Positions 47,375 to 60,615 of a stretch of DNA of 64,000 bases are shown here, piece after piece (the stretch's first letter is position 1; every line of letters starts with the position of its first letter). The DNA comes from Squalus acanthias. Taxonomy: Eukaryota. The DNA lies in the NCBI GenBank assembly GCA_030390025.1, contig CM059432.1:94118001-94182000 (forward strand), given 5' to 3'. Position numbers and translations under genes: made by a program. A model generated the notes under the pieces. It saw nothing but the letters and a program-made list of their open reading frames with translations, was not told where the DNA came from and made no database searches.

Positions 47375-50300
47375 GAAGGAGTGGACCTGAGCAGGAGCTG
47401 ACCGAGAGCGGAGCGGCACGAATAGTGCGGTGGAGCAGGCCCGAGACACGAGGTGGCAACAGCTGAACGAGAGCGGAGCTGGGAGCAACGCAACACAGGC
47501 AGAATTTGAAAGAGTGACGTCAGAGTAAAAAAACCTAAAGTGACGTCCGCACAAGGGAAGGAGCTGATTGGTCAGTAGCTGGTGAGTTTTTTTTTAAGTC
47601 TTAAGTTTATTTCTGTTAGTTAGTTAATAGTCTATTTAAATAGATGCAGGTACCTCAGTCCCGTGGAATGTACATCTTGTGCCATGTGGGAACGCCAGGA
47701 CGCTTCCCGTGTCCTGGACAACCACATGTGCAGGAAGTGTTGTCAGCTGGAGGAGCTCGAGCTCTGGGTTTCAGAGCTTGTGCAGTAGCTGGCATCACTG
47801 CGGTGCATTCGTGAGGCTGAGAGCTTCGTGGATAGCACGTTTCAGGAGGTGGTCACCCCGCAGCTTAAAGAGTGTGCAGGCAGAGAGGGAATGGGTGACT
47901 GCCAGACAGAAGAGGAGGACCAGGCAGGTAGTGCAGGAGTCCCCTGAGTGTATCTCGCTCTCTAACTGGTACTGAACACGAGTGAGGGCGATGGTTTCTC
48001 TCAGGAGTACAACCAGAGCCAAGTCCGCTGCACCACGGGTGGCTCAGCTGTACAGGCGGGGGAGGCGGAAGATTGGGAAAGCAACAGTGGTAGGGAATTC
48101 AATAGTTAAGGGAACAGACAAGTGTTTCTGCGGCCACAGACGTGATTCCAGGATGGTACGTTGCCTCCCTGGTGCCAGGGTCAAGGATGTCACTGAGCGG
48201 CTGCAGAACATTGAGGGGAGAGGGTGAACAGCCAGAGGTCGTGGTCCATATCACGACATAAGTAGAAAGAAGGATGAGATCCTGCAGGCATATTTTAGGG
48301 AGCTTGGAAAGAGATTAAAAAGCAGGACCTCAAAGGTAGTAATCTCTGGATTACTCCCGGTGCCACATGCTAGTGAGTATAGAAATAGGAGGATAGCGCA
48401 GATGAATGTGTGGCCGGTGAGATGGTGCAGGAGGGAGGGCTTTAGATTCCTGGGGCATTGGGACCGGTTCTGGGGAAGGTGAGACCTGTACAGGCCGGAC
48501 AGGTTGCACCTCAACGCCACTAGGACCAATATCCTCGCGGGGTTTTGCTTGTGCTGTTGGGGAGTGTTTAAACTAATTTGGTAGGGGGATGGGCACCAGG
48601 ATGTAGCATGAGAAAGGAGAAACATGGTGCACAAAAGAATGAGTAATACAAATAGCACTAGAGTAAGAGAGAGTACGGTATTAGTTGGGGTCAGACTAAG
48701 AGAAAATACAAAAAGGTTTAAGAGGTTTATAGTACATGCTGCAGGCACAAATAGCCTAATGGGAATATGATGTTGTGACGATAACAGAGACCTGGCTCAA
48801 AATAGGGCAGGATTGGATACTAAATATTCCTGGATATAAGGTGTTCAGGAAAGATGGGGAAGGAAAGAAAGGAAGGTGAGATGGCAGTATTGATTAAGGA
48901 GAATATTATAGTATATGGAGAGAGAGGATGTCCTGGAGGGGTCAAGGACAGAATCTATTTGGTTAGAGTTAAGAAACAATAGATGTGCCATTACACTACT
49001 AGGTGTATTCTATAGGCCACCTACTAGTGGGAAGGATATAGAGGAGCAAATTTGCAGGGAAATTAGAGACGTGCAAGAACTATGGAGTAGTGATAATGGG
49101 GACTTCAATGATCCTAAAATAGACTGGGATAGTAATAGTGTAAAGGACAGAGAGGAGGAAGAATTTCTGAAGTGTGTTCAGGAGAACTTTCTTGATCAGT
49201 ACATTTCCGGCCCAATGAGGAAGGAAGCATTGCTGGATCTGGTTCTGGGGAATGAGGTGGATCAAGTTTCAGTAGGGGAACATTTAGGGAACAGTGATCA
49301 TAGTATCATAAGGTTTAGGTTAGCTATGGAAAAGGACAAAGAGCAATCTAGAATCAAAATATTTAATTGGAGGAGGGCTAATTTCATGGGTCAAGAACGG
49401 CCCTGGCCCGGGTAAATTGGAATCAAAGATCAGCAGGCAAAACTGTAATTGAAGAATGGGCTGCCTTTAAAGAGGAGATGGCTCGGGTGCAGTTGAGGTG
49501 CATTCCCAAGAGGGGGAAAGGTAAGGCAATCAAAGCCAGAGCTCCCTGGATAACGAAAGAGATAGAGAGTAAGATGAAGCAGAAAAAAGAGGCGTATGAC
49601 AGATGTCGGGTTGAGAATACAAGTGAGAACCAGGCTGAATATAGAAAGTTCAGAGGGGAAGTGAAAAAGGAAATAAGAGGGTCGAATAGAGTGGCAGCTA
49701 ACAAAAAAGGGAATCAAAAGTCTTCTATAGGCATATAAATAGTAAATGGGTCTTAAGAGGAGGGGTGGGACCGATTAGGAACCAAAAAGGAGACCTACTC
49801 ATGGAGGCAGAGGGCATGGCTGAGGTACTAAATGAGTACTTTGCATCTGTCTTTACCAAGGAAGAAGATGCTGCCAAAGTCATAGTGAAAGATGAGGTAG
49901 TTGAGATATTGGATGGGATAAAAATTGATGGAGGAGGTACTAGAAAGGCTGGTTGTACTTAAAGTAGATAAGTCACCAGGACCGGATGGGATGCATCCTA
50001 GGATGCTGAGGGAAGTTCAGGTGGAAATTGCGGAGGTACTGGCCATAATCTTTCAATTCTCCTTGGATATGGGGGTGGTGCCAGAGGACTGGCGAATTGC
50101 AAATGTTACACCATGGATAAACCCAGCAACTACAGGCCAGTCAGCTGAACCTCGCTGGTGGGGAAGCTGTTAGAAACAATCTGGGACAAAATTAACAGTC
50201 ACTTGGACAAGTGTGGATTAATTAAGGAAAGCCAGCACGGATTTGTTAAAGGCAAATCGTGTTTAACTAACTTGATCGAATTTTTTGATGAGGTAACAGA

Positions 50301-51512
50301 GAGGGTTGATGAGGACAATGTGGTTGACGTAGTGTATATGGATTTCCAAAAGGCGTTTGATGACGTGCCACATAATCGGCTTGCCAGCAAAGTTGAAGCC
50401 CATGGAATAAAAGGGACAGTGGCAGCATGGATACGAAATTGGCGAAGTGACAGGGAACAGATGGTAGTGGTGAACGGTTTTTCGAACTGGAGGAAGGTAC
50501 ACAGTGGTGTTCCCCAGGGGTCGGTACTAGGACCACTGCTTTTCTTGATATATATTAATGGTTTGGACTTAGGTATACAGGGCAGTATTTCAAAATTTGC
50601 AGGATGACACAAAACTTGGAAGTATCGTGAACAGTGAGGAGGATAGTGATAGACTTCAAGAGGACACAGACAGGCTGGTGGAATGGGCGGACACGTGGCA
50701 GAAGAAGTTAAATGCAGAAAAGTGCAAAGTGATACATTTTGGTAGGAAGAATAAGGAGAGGCAATATAAACTAAATGGTACAATTCTAAAGGGGGTGCAT
50801 GAACAGAGATACCAGGGGGTATATGTGCACAAATCATTGAATGTGGCAGGGCAGGTTGAGAAAGCAGTTAAAAAAGCATACAGGATCCTGGGCTTCATAA
50901 ACAGAAGCATAAAGTACAAAAGCAAGGAAGTTATGATGAACCTTCATAAAACACTGGTTTGGCCACAACTGGAGTATTGTGTCCAATTCTGGGCACCACA
51001 CTTTAGGAAGGATGTGAAGGCTTTAGAGAGGATGCAGAAAAGATTTACAAGAATGGTTCCAGGGATGAGGGACTTCGGTTATGTGGATAGACTGGAGAAG
51101 CTGGGGTTGTTCTCCTTGGAGCAGAGAAGGTTGAAAGGAGATTTGATAGAGGTGTTCAAAATCATGAGGGGTCGAGACAGAGTACATAGAGAGAAACTGT
51201 TCCCATTGGCGGAAGGGTCGAGAACCAGAGGACACAGATTTAAGGTGATTGGCAGAAGATCCAAAGGCGACATGAGGAAAAACTTTTTACACAGCGAGTG
51301 GTTAGGATCTGGAATGCACTGCCTGCGAGGGTGGTGGAGGCAGACTCAATCGTGGCTTTCAAAAGGGAATTGGATAAGTACCTGAAGGAAAACATTTTGC
51401 AAGGCTACTGGGAAAGGGCGAGGGATTGGGACTAGCTGAAGTGCGCTTGCAGAGAGCCGGCATAGGCTTGATGGGCCAAATGGCCTCCTACTGTGCTGTA
51501 ATGATTCTATGA
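47375..51512 (+). mobile_element. Near full-length degenerate CR1 (5' UTR, ORF1 zinc finger/coiled coil/esterase, ORF2, tail)
   Basis: CTSC...CRKC, VVGNSIV and CLPGARV in ORF1; APE and RT motifs; gattctatg tail. Confidence 0.92.
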
Positions 51513-52289
51513 AAGCAAGGAATGGGAAAACTGAGAAGAGCAGAAGATTAAACGTCTATAAACCACGTAATCAAAGAAAACTTTGATTTTCTCTGTCTTT
51601 AGATGGAAAGCCTGGCTATTGGGGTGTCTCAAATCACACTCTCTTTTCCATTGTGTTTTATATCAGGGTAGGAAAAGGGAAGGAGATGGACTGATCTAAA
51701 TTGATTATCCTACGAAGCTTATGTAATAGAGCAAGAAGGAATTTCCTCAATATCCCACAAAGGACAGGAAGCTATAATCCCCTTCTCGCATTTCTGGCTG
51801 TATTCATCTACATCAGTTCCTTGTAGCAGGTAGTATATGTGGAACTTACTACCACAAGCAACTCAAAGTCTCCGTTACTGTTCAGGCCTGGCCCAAAGAT
51901 CTCCTTCAACAGATAAGTCTCCTCTCCCTGTGAACTAAAATGTATTGCTTACGTGCAAAGTAATCTGGGGTAGTCGTCTGCAAGGTGAGCAATGAACCCT
52001 TTTCTTGGAGACATGGACTTGACATAGTATGGGTTAGATGTTTCTGGCACAGAAGGAGGCCATTCGGCCCATCGCGTCTGTGCCAGAATGTAACCGCTTC
52101 TGGATTATGTGCACAGCTCTGGTCACTTGATCATTAGAAGAATATTATTGCTCTTTAGAGGTTACAGAAGCAAGCAACAAAGATGATACCGGGTATCAGG
52201 AATATAACATGTCAGAACGGCGAAGGAAATTGAAGCCTTTAGCGGCTGCCTCGCTTCCGGCAAGTCCCGCGGCAGCCACCTTTTTGGGC

Positions 52290-52530
52290 AGCGCCATCAC
52301 AAAACACACATTCCAAACATAATTAATTTATCAAATGCAACTCAAAAAAGTCAATTAATCACCCTTGTGCATTCCCTTAGTGCCTGTCTTTCGTGTACCT
52401 TTTCCTACTCTAATGCTTCTATGCAGTGCTACCCCAGTGGCTGCAGCATGGCTGGTGGAAGGCTGCTGACTTTCAGTGGGGGAGACTGCTGATGGCCTTC
52501 CAGGGCGACCGCAAGCAGCTCTGGTGCTAG
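52290..52530 (+). mobile_element. Harbinger internal fragment duplicating 54470-54710
   Basis: Shared sequence aatcac.cttgtgcattcccttagtg...gtgctaccccagtggctgcagcatggctg. Confidence 0.75.
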
Positions 52531-52764
52531 GGTTATCCCTGCACCACCTTAATCCCACTGGCTGAAGGCATCTTTTTCTGGCTGACAAATAACATCGCAG
52601 ACTGTATATCTTGGGCTACAAACTATGAATCTGGTTTGCTAACTAAAACTAGCAAAAGCTGAAGTCAAAATGTCACCAGTTCTCGCCATTCTCTGTAGTA
52701 TTAGACCAATGTCCGTGACATTAAATTCATGTTTGAAATTGGATGTTCACTGAGGTCGTGAAAC

Positions 52765-55700
52765 TTGGCACCTTAGCGCCGGCAGATAAGGCCGGTTTCT
52801 GAGGAAAAAATGGTGGCTGCTTCGCTTCTGCCCACTTCCAATGGGTCCCGCGGCGGCCGCCATTTTGGGTAGGTCGTCCGAGCAGCGGTTGCCTGCGCTC
52901 ACTGGAGAAATCGTAATAAGGCAGATCGTGATGTCAATCAGAGTACAACACTGATTTAACGCATGAAATGCTATTTTTTACGTCACCGCTCCATTCAACA
53001 CCCTCTCCAAATCACGAACAGCTGAACATGTGTTCAGCAGCAGGAAGAACTCCCACTCTCCCCCCCCCCCCCCCCCCCACCCCAGCGCTGTTTAAAGGGA
53101 TCAGCAACAACTTGCAGCTGACTTGCTTTTTGATTTCTACTGGCTCTGTGTAAGTTTGTGCAACTGTTTGGAGCTTTCTACAGTTATTTAAAGTTGCTGA
53201 GGTGGCAGGGAGTGTTGCTGCAAGTGGAGAACGACTTGCTTCTCATTTAAAGGGTTCTGCTCAGAACACTTGCTCCCAGTCATGGGGGCTCTACTTGCAG
53301 TCCCCCTTGCGCTGGAGTACGACAGGGAGATGGAGCAGAGGCAGCAAAGAAGAGGACAAGCTGCTCGCAGAAGGAGGAGGGGCAGGATGGTCTCCTGGTA
53401 GGAGGCCTTACCCACCTCTGGTCTTCATGGAGCACTTCTCCGACTTGCACGTAAGCCAGAAGCAGCGTATTAGGAGGCTCCGCTTCACCAAGGAGGTGGT
53501 CAAAGAACTCTGCCACCTCTTGGAACAAGACCTGCAGCATCAGAACAGGGTGTCGATGGCGCTGCCAGTAGTCCTCAAGCTGACCATGGCCCACAATTTG
53601 CCACCGGATCCTTCCAGTCTGGAGCAGGAGACCGAGCTAATATCTCCCAGTTCACTGTCCATCGCTGCATCCCGCAGGTCACAGAGACTCTGTATTCCAG
53701 GAGAAGGGACTTCATTGTCCTCTCTGAACACAGAGAAGCAGGAGGAGTGCGCATGTGGCTTTGCCAGGATATTGGGCTTCCCCATGGTGCAGGGTGCCAT
53801 CGACTGCACACACATGGTTTTGTGGGCACCACATATCAATCCTGAGTTGTATCGCAGCCGCAAAGGCTACCACTCACTTAATGTGCAGTTGGTGTGTGAC
53901 CATGCCCAGCACATAATGATGAATGCCCGATATCCTGGCAGCAGTCATGATGTGCCAGCAATCTTCCAGCCACCACGTCAAACCAGAAGGTGGCTGCTCA
54001 GAGACTAGGGCTATCCGCTGTACACCTGTCTGATGACTTCCCCTCCACAACCCCACCACTCGTGGCCAGCACTCATAATGAGAGCCATGCTGCCACGAGG
54101 AACCTCATCAAGCAGACCATCGGGGTTCTGAAGCAATGGTTCCGCTACCTTGAGCGCTTGGGAGAAGCCCTCCAGTACTCGCTGGGGCGGGTGTCTCATT
54201 TCATGGTGGTTTGCTGCATCCACCACAACTTGGCCATCATGAGGGAGCAGCCGTTGCCACCACTGGTTCCGGGACCACCTCAAGAAGAGGAGAAAGGGAG
54301 CAGGCAGGCAGCAGATCTCCGTTCCGGACTGGCTGTCCGTGAGCGCCTCATCAGAATCCGGTTCCAATGAATGAAACCCCAGATCCCTGCTGCTCACCAC
54401 TCCCCCACCTTACAATCCCTGTGTCATTGAACATCACTCTGTCCTCTTGGGCACAAAGCTGAAATGAGAGCCACTACAAAACAAACATTCCAAATATAAT
54501 TTATAAACTTCTCAATTCCAATACGACACAACGTCAACTAATCACTCTTGTGCATTCCCTTAGTGTCTGACTTTCATATTCCTTTGCCTACTTTAGTGCT
54601 CTTACGAAGTGCTACCCCAGTGGCTGCAGCATGGCTGATGGAAAGGCTGCTGATTTTTCGTGGGGGACTGCAGATGGTCTTGTTGGATGACCTCAAGCAG
54701 CTCTGGGCTTAGAAGGCCCAACTGTAGCCTGCACCACCTTGGCATGGGCGGCAGCAATCTGGGCTGGCTGGATAACCAGCAGCAACAAGGGCAGTGGTGG
54801 GAGTAGGAATGCTGTCCTCTTGAGAGAGGACAGCAGGTTCTAGCTCCACTGAGCCACTGCCACTTCCCTGTGGCAGCGCCTCAACATTCCTCGCCATCTG
54901 TTGGGAGCACAGATTGCTGGACTGATGAGACCCTGCAAGCCTCTTTCCGTACTCGTAAACCCATCCGCGATGGCAGCAGTCTGATCTTGCGTGGCAGCAA
55001 GCTGAGACTGCAGGAGAACAGCCTGAGCTTCCACGGCAGCACTAAGACGTTGGGTTGCTGTTGCTTCTGCTTGTGCTGCAATGGAAGCTGCGAGATTGCC
55101 CATCACACCCAGCATCATGTTTGGGTCCACAAGTGTCCTAATGGAGTTGGCCATCATTTCCATCCTGGAAATCATGGGCTCCAAGCTCTGCGCAAAACCC
55201 CGTGCAATGTTGGAGCCGGACTCCTCCATGATCTTTGACACTGACAAGAGACTCTCTGGCAGGGTTGCCATTGCACCCAGCATTTCTGTGCGCATGCCCA
55301 CCACCCTCCTTCTGAAGGCCGGTCCATCGAGGACGTCATCTGAGTCCTGTGCAGCAGAACTTGTGCGCAAACTCACCCTCCGGGGAGCTGGCACCCGAGC
55401 TACCCTTTCCCCCTGGCCTGGCTGCAGCCCACTCGTGCCCGGTGACTCACCACGTGCAGATCCCGCCTCTACACTACCCTCTAAAGTTCGCGCAGTGTCA
55501 TTTTCTGAGCTGGTAGCTGGGAGTGTCAGATCGAGTGACTGCCTCTTCTCCTTCAATCTCCTCCTCCATAACATCGGGGGCAGGCTGGGCTGGTGGGACT
55601 TCTTGGGTATCTGAAAGGAGAAAGGTACAAGGGTGGGTTGTGGTTGTGGGGGGGGAAACAAGATGTACATGCTTACACCATCAGCAGCTTGTAAGTGAGA

Positions 55701-55862
55701 AGAGATTGTGGGATGAGGGGGAAATGAGATGTGAGAAGAAGGATTTGATATGAGCATACCATCATCATCAGCAATGCTTTCAACTTTGCCGATTGCCACG
55801 GTCTCAGTGACTGCCCCTCCAGTTATCTCCAGCACTGTGTCCTCCAGCTCTGTGATTCTCTG
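52765..55862. mobile_element. Second PIF/Harbinger transposon: DDE transposase on + (about 53282-54370) and convergent partner gene on - (about 54540-55860)
   Basis: GFPMVQGAIDCTH, RKGYHSLNVQLVCD, YPGSSHD and QTIGVLKQWFR motifs; frameshifted. Confidence 0.85.
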
Positions 55863-56877
55863 GATCATAGAATCATAGAAGTTTACTGCACAGAAGGAGG
55901 CCATTTGGCCCATCGTGTCTATGCCGGCTGAAAAAGAGCTATCCAGCCTAATCCCACTTTCCAGCTCTTGTAGTTTCGTAGCTGTGCAGGCCACGGCATT
56001 TCAAGTGCATATCCAAGTGAATCAGACAGCCCTCTTTAGAGTGATGATATCACGTTAATCAAGATGTGTATTTCTTTGATACAGAGAAATGCAGCCTTCT
56101 GAATGCAAGGGGGTCACTTTAAACTTGTCACAACACTACCAAGCTACAAATTCCCATAAATATGGAAAAAAAATTAAATAATTGATCTCTGATTTTTCAT
56201 AGTCCCCACTTGCACTTTCTTAAACCAATCCAGATAGGATGTGGCAAGTGAGCGTATTGTCAGAATGAGGTGATGAATGAAGGACATTCATTTTTTCTTG
56301 AAGCAAGATGGAATTTGTAATTTAATGTTTAAGAACAAGTGTTCAAGCTGTGGACCAAGGCCTACATCTGCACCTTTGACTGAGGAAAAGTGTGCAGGGA
56401 GACATGAACGCCAGCCTGAAGATAAAAATATTTAACTTAAATGCAATTTATTAGTTGTATTTTATGCAAGTTTTTAATGCTGGTGAAACTAGTGTTACTT
56501 ATACATTCGGAAAGAACAATGCTTTGCTGACTGGGAAGTACAAGTCACAAGATTTTCTGGTAATAAAGATTGTTCATTTTAACATGAGGGCTCCCTATTT
56601 AAATATCCCTAAAATCCTTCTCTTTGCAAAATATGAACTGAATGCATAACTTGATTTTTCACTTAAATATCCTTCTCCAAACCAGTTAAAGTGGAATGCT
56701 GCCATATTAATCTCTCGCTCCCAACAGATTACTGTTTCAGTCTAACGTGTTTACTGATTTTGTTGGTAGAAGCAGAAAGAAGCTATTTATTTGTGCAGTG
56801 CCTTCTGGGTAGGATGATGGCTGTTTGCACTCCATAGATGTACCATAAAAATTTCCACAGATTTGCTTCCCTATTAC

Positions 56878-57210
56878 CAATGTTTCCCCTGGTTGGGGAG
56901 TCTAGAACAAGGGGTCACAGTTTCAGAATAAGGGGTCAGCCATTTAGGACTGAGATGAGGAGAAATTTCTTCACTCAGAGGGTGGTGAATCTTTGGAATT
57001 CTCTACCCCAGAGGGCTGTGGAGGCTCAGTCGTTGAGTATATTCAAGACAGAGATCGATAGATTTTTGGATATTAAGGGAATCAAGGGATATGGGGATAG
57101 TGCAAGAAAATGGAGTTGAGGTAGAAGATCAGCCATGATCTTGTTGAATGGCAGAGCAGGCTTAAGGGGCCAAATGGCCTACTCCTGCTCCTATTTCTTA
57201 TGTTCTTATA
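56878..57210 (+). mobile_element. CR1 3' end
   Basis: MFPLVGESRTRGHS...; ttcttatgttcttat tail. Confidence 0.9.
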
Positions 57211-57479
57211 TTTAACAAATAGAATAGGCAATGGTTTGTCATTTTAAAACAGATTCTCTTAGAAATTAGTATGGTCTTTTAGGGTTTAGGGGTGTGTTTC
57301 CGTTAAAGGAAATTGGTGGGGAACGAGGAATGGAAACTGGGGATCAAGACTAGGAAAATGTCAGTAGAAATACCAATGTTTAATGTGCAAAACAAATTTA
57401 AACTTGTGCTGAAACATGGGTTGGCACTGATTATTAATGCACTCAATTGATGCAGGTAGCAGTTACATTCCCCTCCATT

Positions 57480-57860
57480 CACCATCTGAACAATGTTGAA
57501 TGAGAAGATTCTGAGGCTGCCATCTCTCAGCATCGGAGAATCTTGGAGTCCTTTCTCTGGCCTGTTGAGCCATTACTCAATCTTGTTTTCCTGATAGCAG
57601 GCTTCACAATCACTTCCACCACCTGTTGCTGGCAGAAGGCACCTCCCCTTTAAGAAGTGCAGACTGCCTTTAATTAGTGCAGGCTAGCTTTAATTGGTAC
57701 TAGCCTCACACAAACTTGGGCCCCCAGCTGAGCGTTCAGCCACTCAACAGCTTGTTCAGCACTCCACAGAATGCTACAATCATGTTAACTAGCTGGTAGC
57801 CCGAATTTTACATGCTGCCTGCAGCTTTCCGAACAGGCGCAGGTTGCTATCAGTTTCTAG
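57480..57860 (-). mobile_element. Harbinger Myb-gene 5' fragment
   Basis: Minus strand from about 57573 reads MAQQARERTPRFSDAE, typical of Harbinger Myb/SANT N-termini. Confidence 0.55.
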
Positions 57861-57984
57861 GCCTGTGGCTGGGGAGGGGGATGTATTTGATGGCAAGGGT
57901 ACGGAGTTTGTGATGGGGGCCTAGAACAATGGCTTTGGTCTTCTCAGTGTTGAATTGAAGGAAATTGTAGCTCATCCAGGACTA

Positions 57985-58810
57985 GGGGGTAGGAATTCCC
58001 CTGCTCAGCGCCGGCAGTTAAGGCTGGTTTCGGCAAAAAAAATGGTGGTCGCCTCACTTCTGCCCACATCTGGCGCAGGCCGAGGCGGAAGTCATTTTAG
58101 TATGGGCCAAACAAGGCGTCGTTTACCTATGTCTGAAGCAGGTGTTAGACCATTAACATATTCAAATAAGGAGCCTAACGCCTGCTTCTGCTCCTTCTTG
58201 CAAATTTGTTTTTTGTCTAAGGCAGCCAGCGCCAGTGATGTTTACCCTCAGGAAAACCAACACTAAACAGCACTGAATTAAAAAAAGGTAACTACTTACC
58301 ATTATCATCAATGCATCGGTCCTGAGATATCCGACCTCACTCCCAACTCTGACCTCCAGCCCCCCGATCTTCCTCTGACCCCGACTTCCTAGCCCCCCTG
58401 ACACCAATGCTGACCCCCCAGTAATACTGCAGGCTCCGCCCCGATCTTCTTATTTGACTCCTGACAACTTTCTGATCACCCACCGCACCCCACAATACCG
58501 CTGCTCCCCCCCAGCCCCCCCCCCCCATTGAAAGCAATGCCGATTTTTCCCCAACAAAATTTCAGGACCACGCCCCCCCACCCCCTCCGATCTTCTTACC
58601 CGACACTCGACAGCCCTCTGATCATAGACTTCGAGGCCCACCCATTCCTCCTCCAGACCCACGCTATGCATCCCAATCACTTACCTGGAAATTGGAACTT
58701 CAACCTGCGGGGGCTCCTACAGCTATGATAATGAAGTCCGAGGCCCAAAATCCCAGGCTCCTCGGACCTTCCCATTTGAGAGCGGGTTGTTGGGACTCTG
58801 CGGGTAAGAC
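57985..58810. mobile_element. Harbinger-related non-autonomous element within old L2 fragments (about 57870-59335, minus strand)
   Basis: Left part resembles 52770-52870 (agcgccggcag.taaggc.ggtttc...aaaatggtgg); right end not resolved. Confidence 0.45.
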
Positions 58811-59426
58811 GTCTGAAGAGCAACCTGACATCAGAGGCACTGGAGGGGTTGAGCGAGGTGGTGGAGAGTTAAAGTTGGATGTCATCAACATATACAAAGA
58901 AGCTGACCCCATGTCTGAGGCTACTATCACCAAGGGGCAGCTATTTGTTGCAGGAAAGGTCCAAGAATAGATTCTTGGGGGACTCCAGATATAATCATGC
59001 CGGGAAGAGAAGCTGTTGTTGGAGATATGCTGGCTACCATCAGATGCAAGAATGATATCAAGTAAGTGCAGTCCCACTCAGCTGGACAATGGAGGAGAGG
59101 TGTTGGATCAGGATGACGTGCTTGATCATCTCAAAGGCTGCAGAGAGGACGAGGAGGCATAATACACTATGGACACAATCACGGTGGATGTCACTTTGGT
59201 TAGGGCTGTTTAGAGCTGTGGCAGGGATAGATAGCTGATTTGGAGAGATTCAAACAAGGAGTTTCAGGAAAGATGAGCACAATTTGGGAGGCAATATCAT
59301 ATCCAGGACTCTGGAGAGGAGATGGAGTTCAAGTTTGACGTACAATATAAATCAGTATTATAATAGTGAAATAGATATGTATTCCACTTTTTCTTGTGAT
59401 CATACATGGAAGGAGTTGGCAGCACA

Positions 59427-59640
59427 GAGGCAGAGAATAAAGAGAGGGGGACCCGAGGACAGCGTGGACCTGGAAGGAGTAGGCAAGACCGGAGGCAGAG
59501 AATAAAGAGAGCAGGGCCCGAGGACCTGGAAGGAGTAGGCAAGACCGGAGGCAGAGAATAAAGAGAGCAGGGCCCGAGGACCTGGAAGGAGTAGGCAAGA
59601 CCGGAGGCAGAGAATAAAGAGAGCAGGGCCCGAGGACGGA
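59427..59640 (+). repeat. 56-bp tandem repeat, about 3.6 copies
   Basis: Unit gaggcagagaataaagagagcagggcccgaggacctggaaggagtaggcaagaccg at 59492, 59548 and 59604, with a variant copy at 59427. Confidence 0.92.
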
Positions 59641-59861
59641 GGCAGTACAAATCCGGCGAATTCCAAAAGAACAGCAAAAAAACAAGGAGTGACGTCACAG
59701 GACAGCAGATAGGTGATTGGTGGGTGAGTATTAACTTTTTTTTCTATAACTTAACTAGATAAACTAATTAATATAACTATAAATAATAATTTGAATAAAG
59801 ACTTTAAGAGAGTGAGAGAAGAGGCTGCAGAGAAAGGTAGGCCCGACTTTTAAGACTCTTC

Positions 59862-60615
59862 GGGGGAAAAGTTCAGTTGTTTTGCGCCTCCCGTTAGAGC
59901 CCGAAGAGGGTGCTAACGGGACGCAAAGCAACTAGCGCCCGGGTGCAGAACCGCCAACGCCTCCCGAGAAATTCAGCGGGATATTGGCGGCGGCAGTAAC
60001 CGTTAGCGCCCTGTGGCGCTGCGTCGCCGGCCATGACGTCATGGCCGTGCGCAGCGCCCCAGCCGCAATCTTCGGTAGCGTCCCCTGACTTACCGCTGGA
60101 CGCCATGTCCAACAGGATCAGGGGGGCGTACCTGCGGCCGGGGCGGCGCTAATTAAAGGTGAGGTGCCGGGCGGCCATTTTCATTGCTGGCCGTCTGCCA
60201 GCACCTGCCCCCGTTGCCGTCCCCAGCCCCCTCCCACCCCCCTGCAGAGTGCCGGCTGCGCTCCGTGAGCCCAGCACTTATCTTGAGTGCCGGGCTCTTT
60301 TGCCGGCACTCCGATCCCTGGTGGCCCAGCTGGGCCCCGGGTCGTGCTGCACAAGGCCCCTCCCCTTTAAGAAGGGGAGGAAGGCCTGCAGTACCGCGGC
60401 GCGACGTGCCGCAGAGCGTGACGCTGCAGTACGTAACGCCGCGATGTTCCCTCGCAGTGCCCCAAGAGGGAGGCGGGGCGCTTCCAGTAGTGCCCCACTT
60501 CCCTCTTGGGGCGCTACCGATGAATTTCGGCCACGGGTGCTAATTTTTTCGCTGCTAAAAGTAGCGCCCCGGCAAAGTTAGCGCCCCAAAGTGGGTGCGA
60601 CTCAATTTTCCCCCC
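59862..60615. mobile_element. GC/CpG-rich MITE (Harbinger-type ends)
   Basis: Ends GGGGGAAAAGTT and AATTTTCCCCCC with subterminal tagcgccc repeats; flanked by CR1 5' UTR sequence. Confidence 0.65.

Noticed and set aside
53202..54370. Domesticated HARBI1 gene
   Set aside because: Frameshifts and deletions around the catalytic motifs, plus a convergent partner gene, indicate a decayed transposon.
54840..55994. 384-aa minus-strand ORF as a novel host gene
   Set aside because: Chimera of a CR1 3' tail, an unspliced intron and the Harbinger partner gene.
59427..59640. Regularly spaced repeats resembling a CRISPR array (also 33705-33880)
   Set aside because: Head-to-tail tandem units with no unique spacers, no cas genes and a eukaryotic context; they are CR1 5' monomers.
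59862..60615. CpG-island-like stretch as a host promoter
   Set aside because: Bounded by TIR-like ends and embedded in a CR1 5' UTR, so better explained as a MITE.
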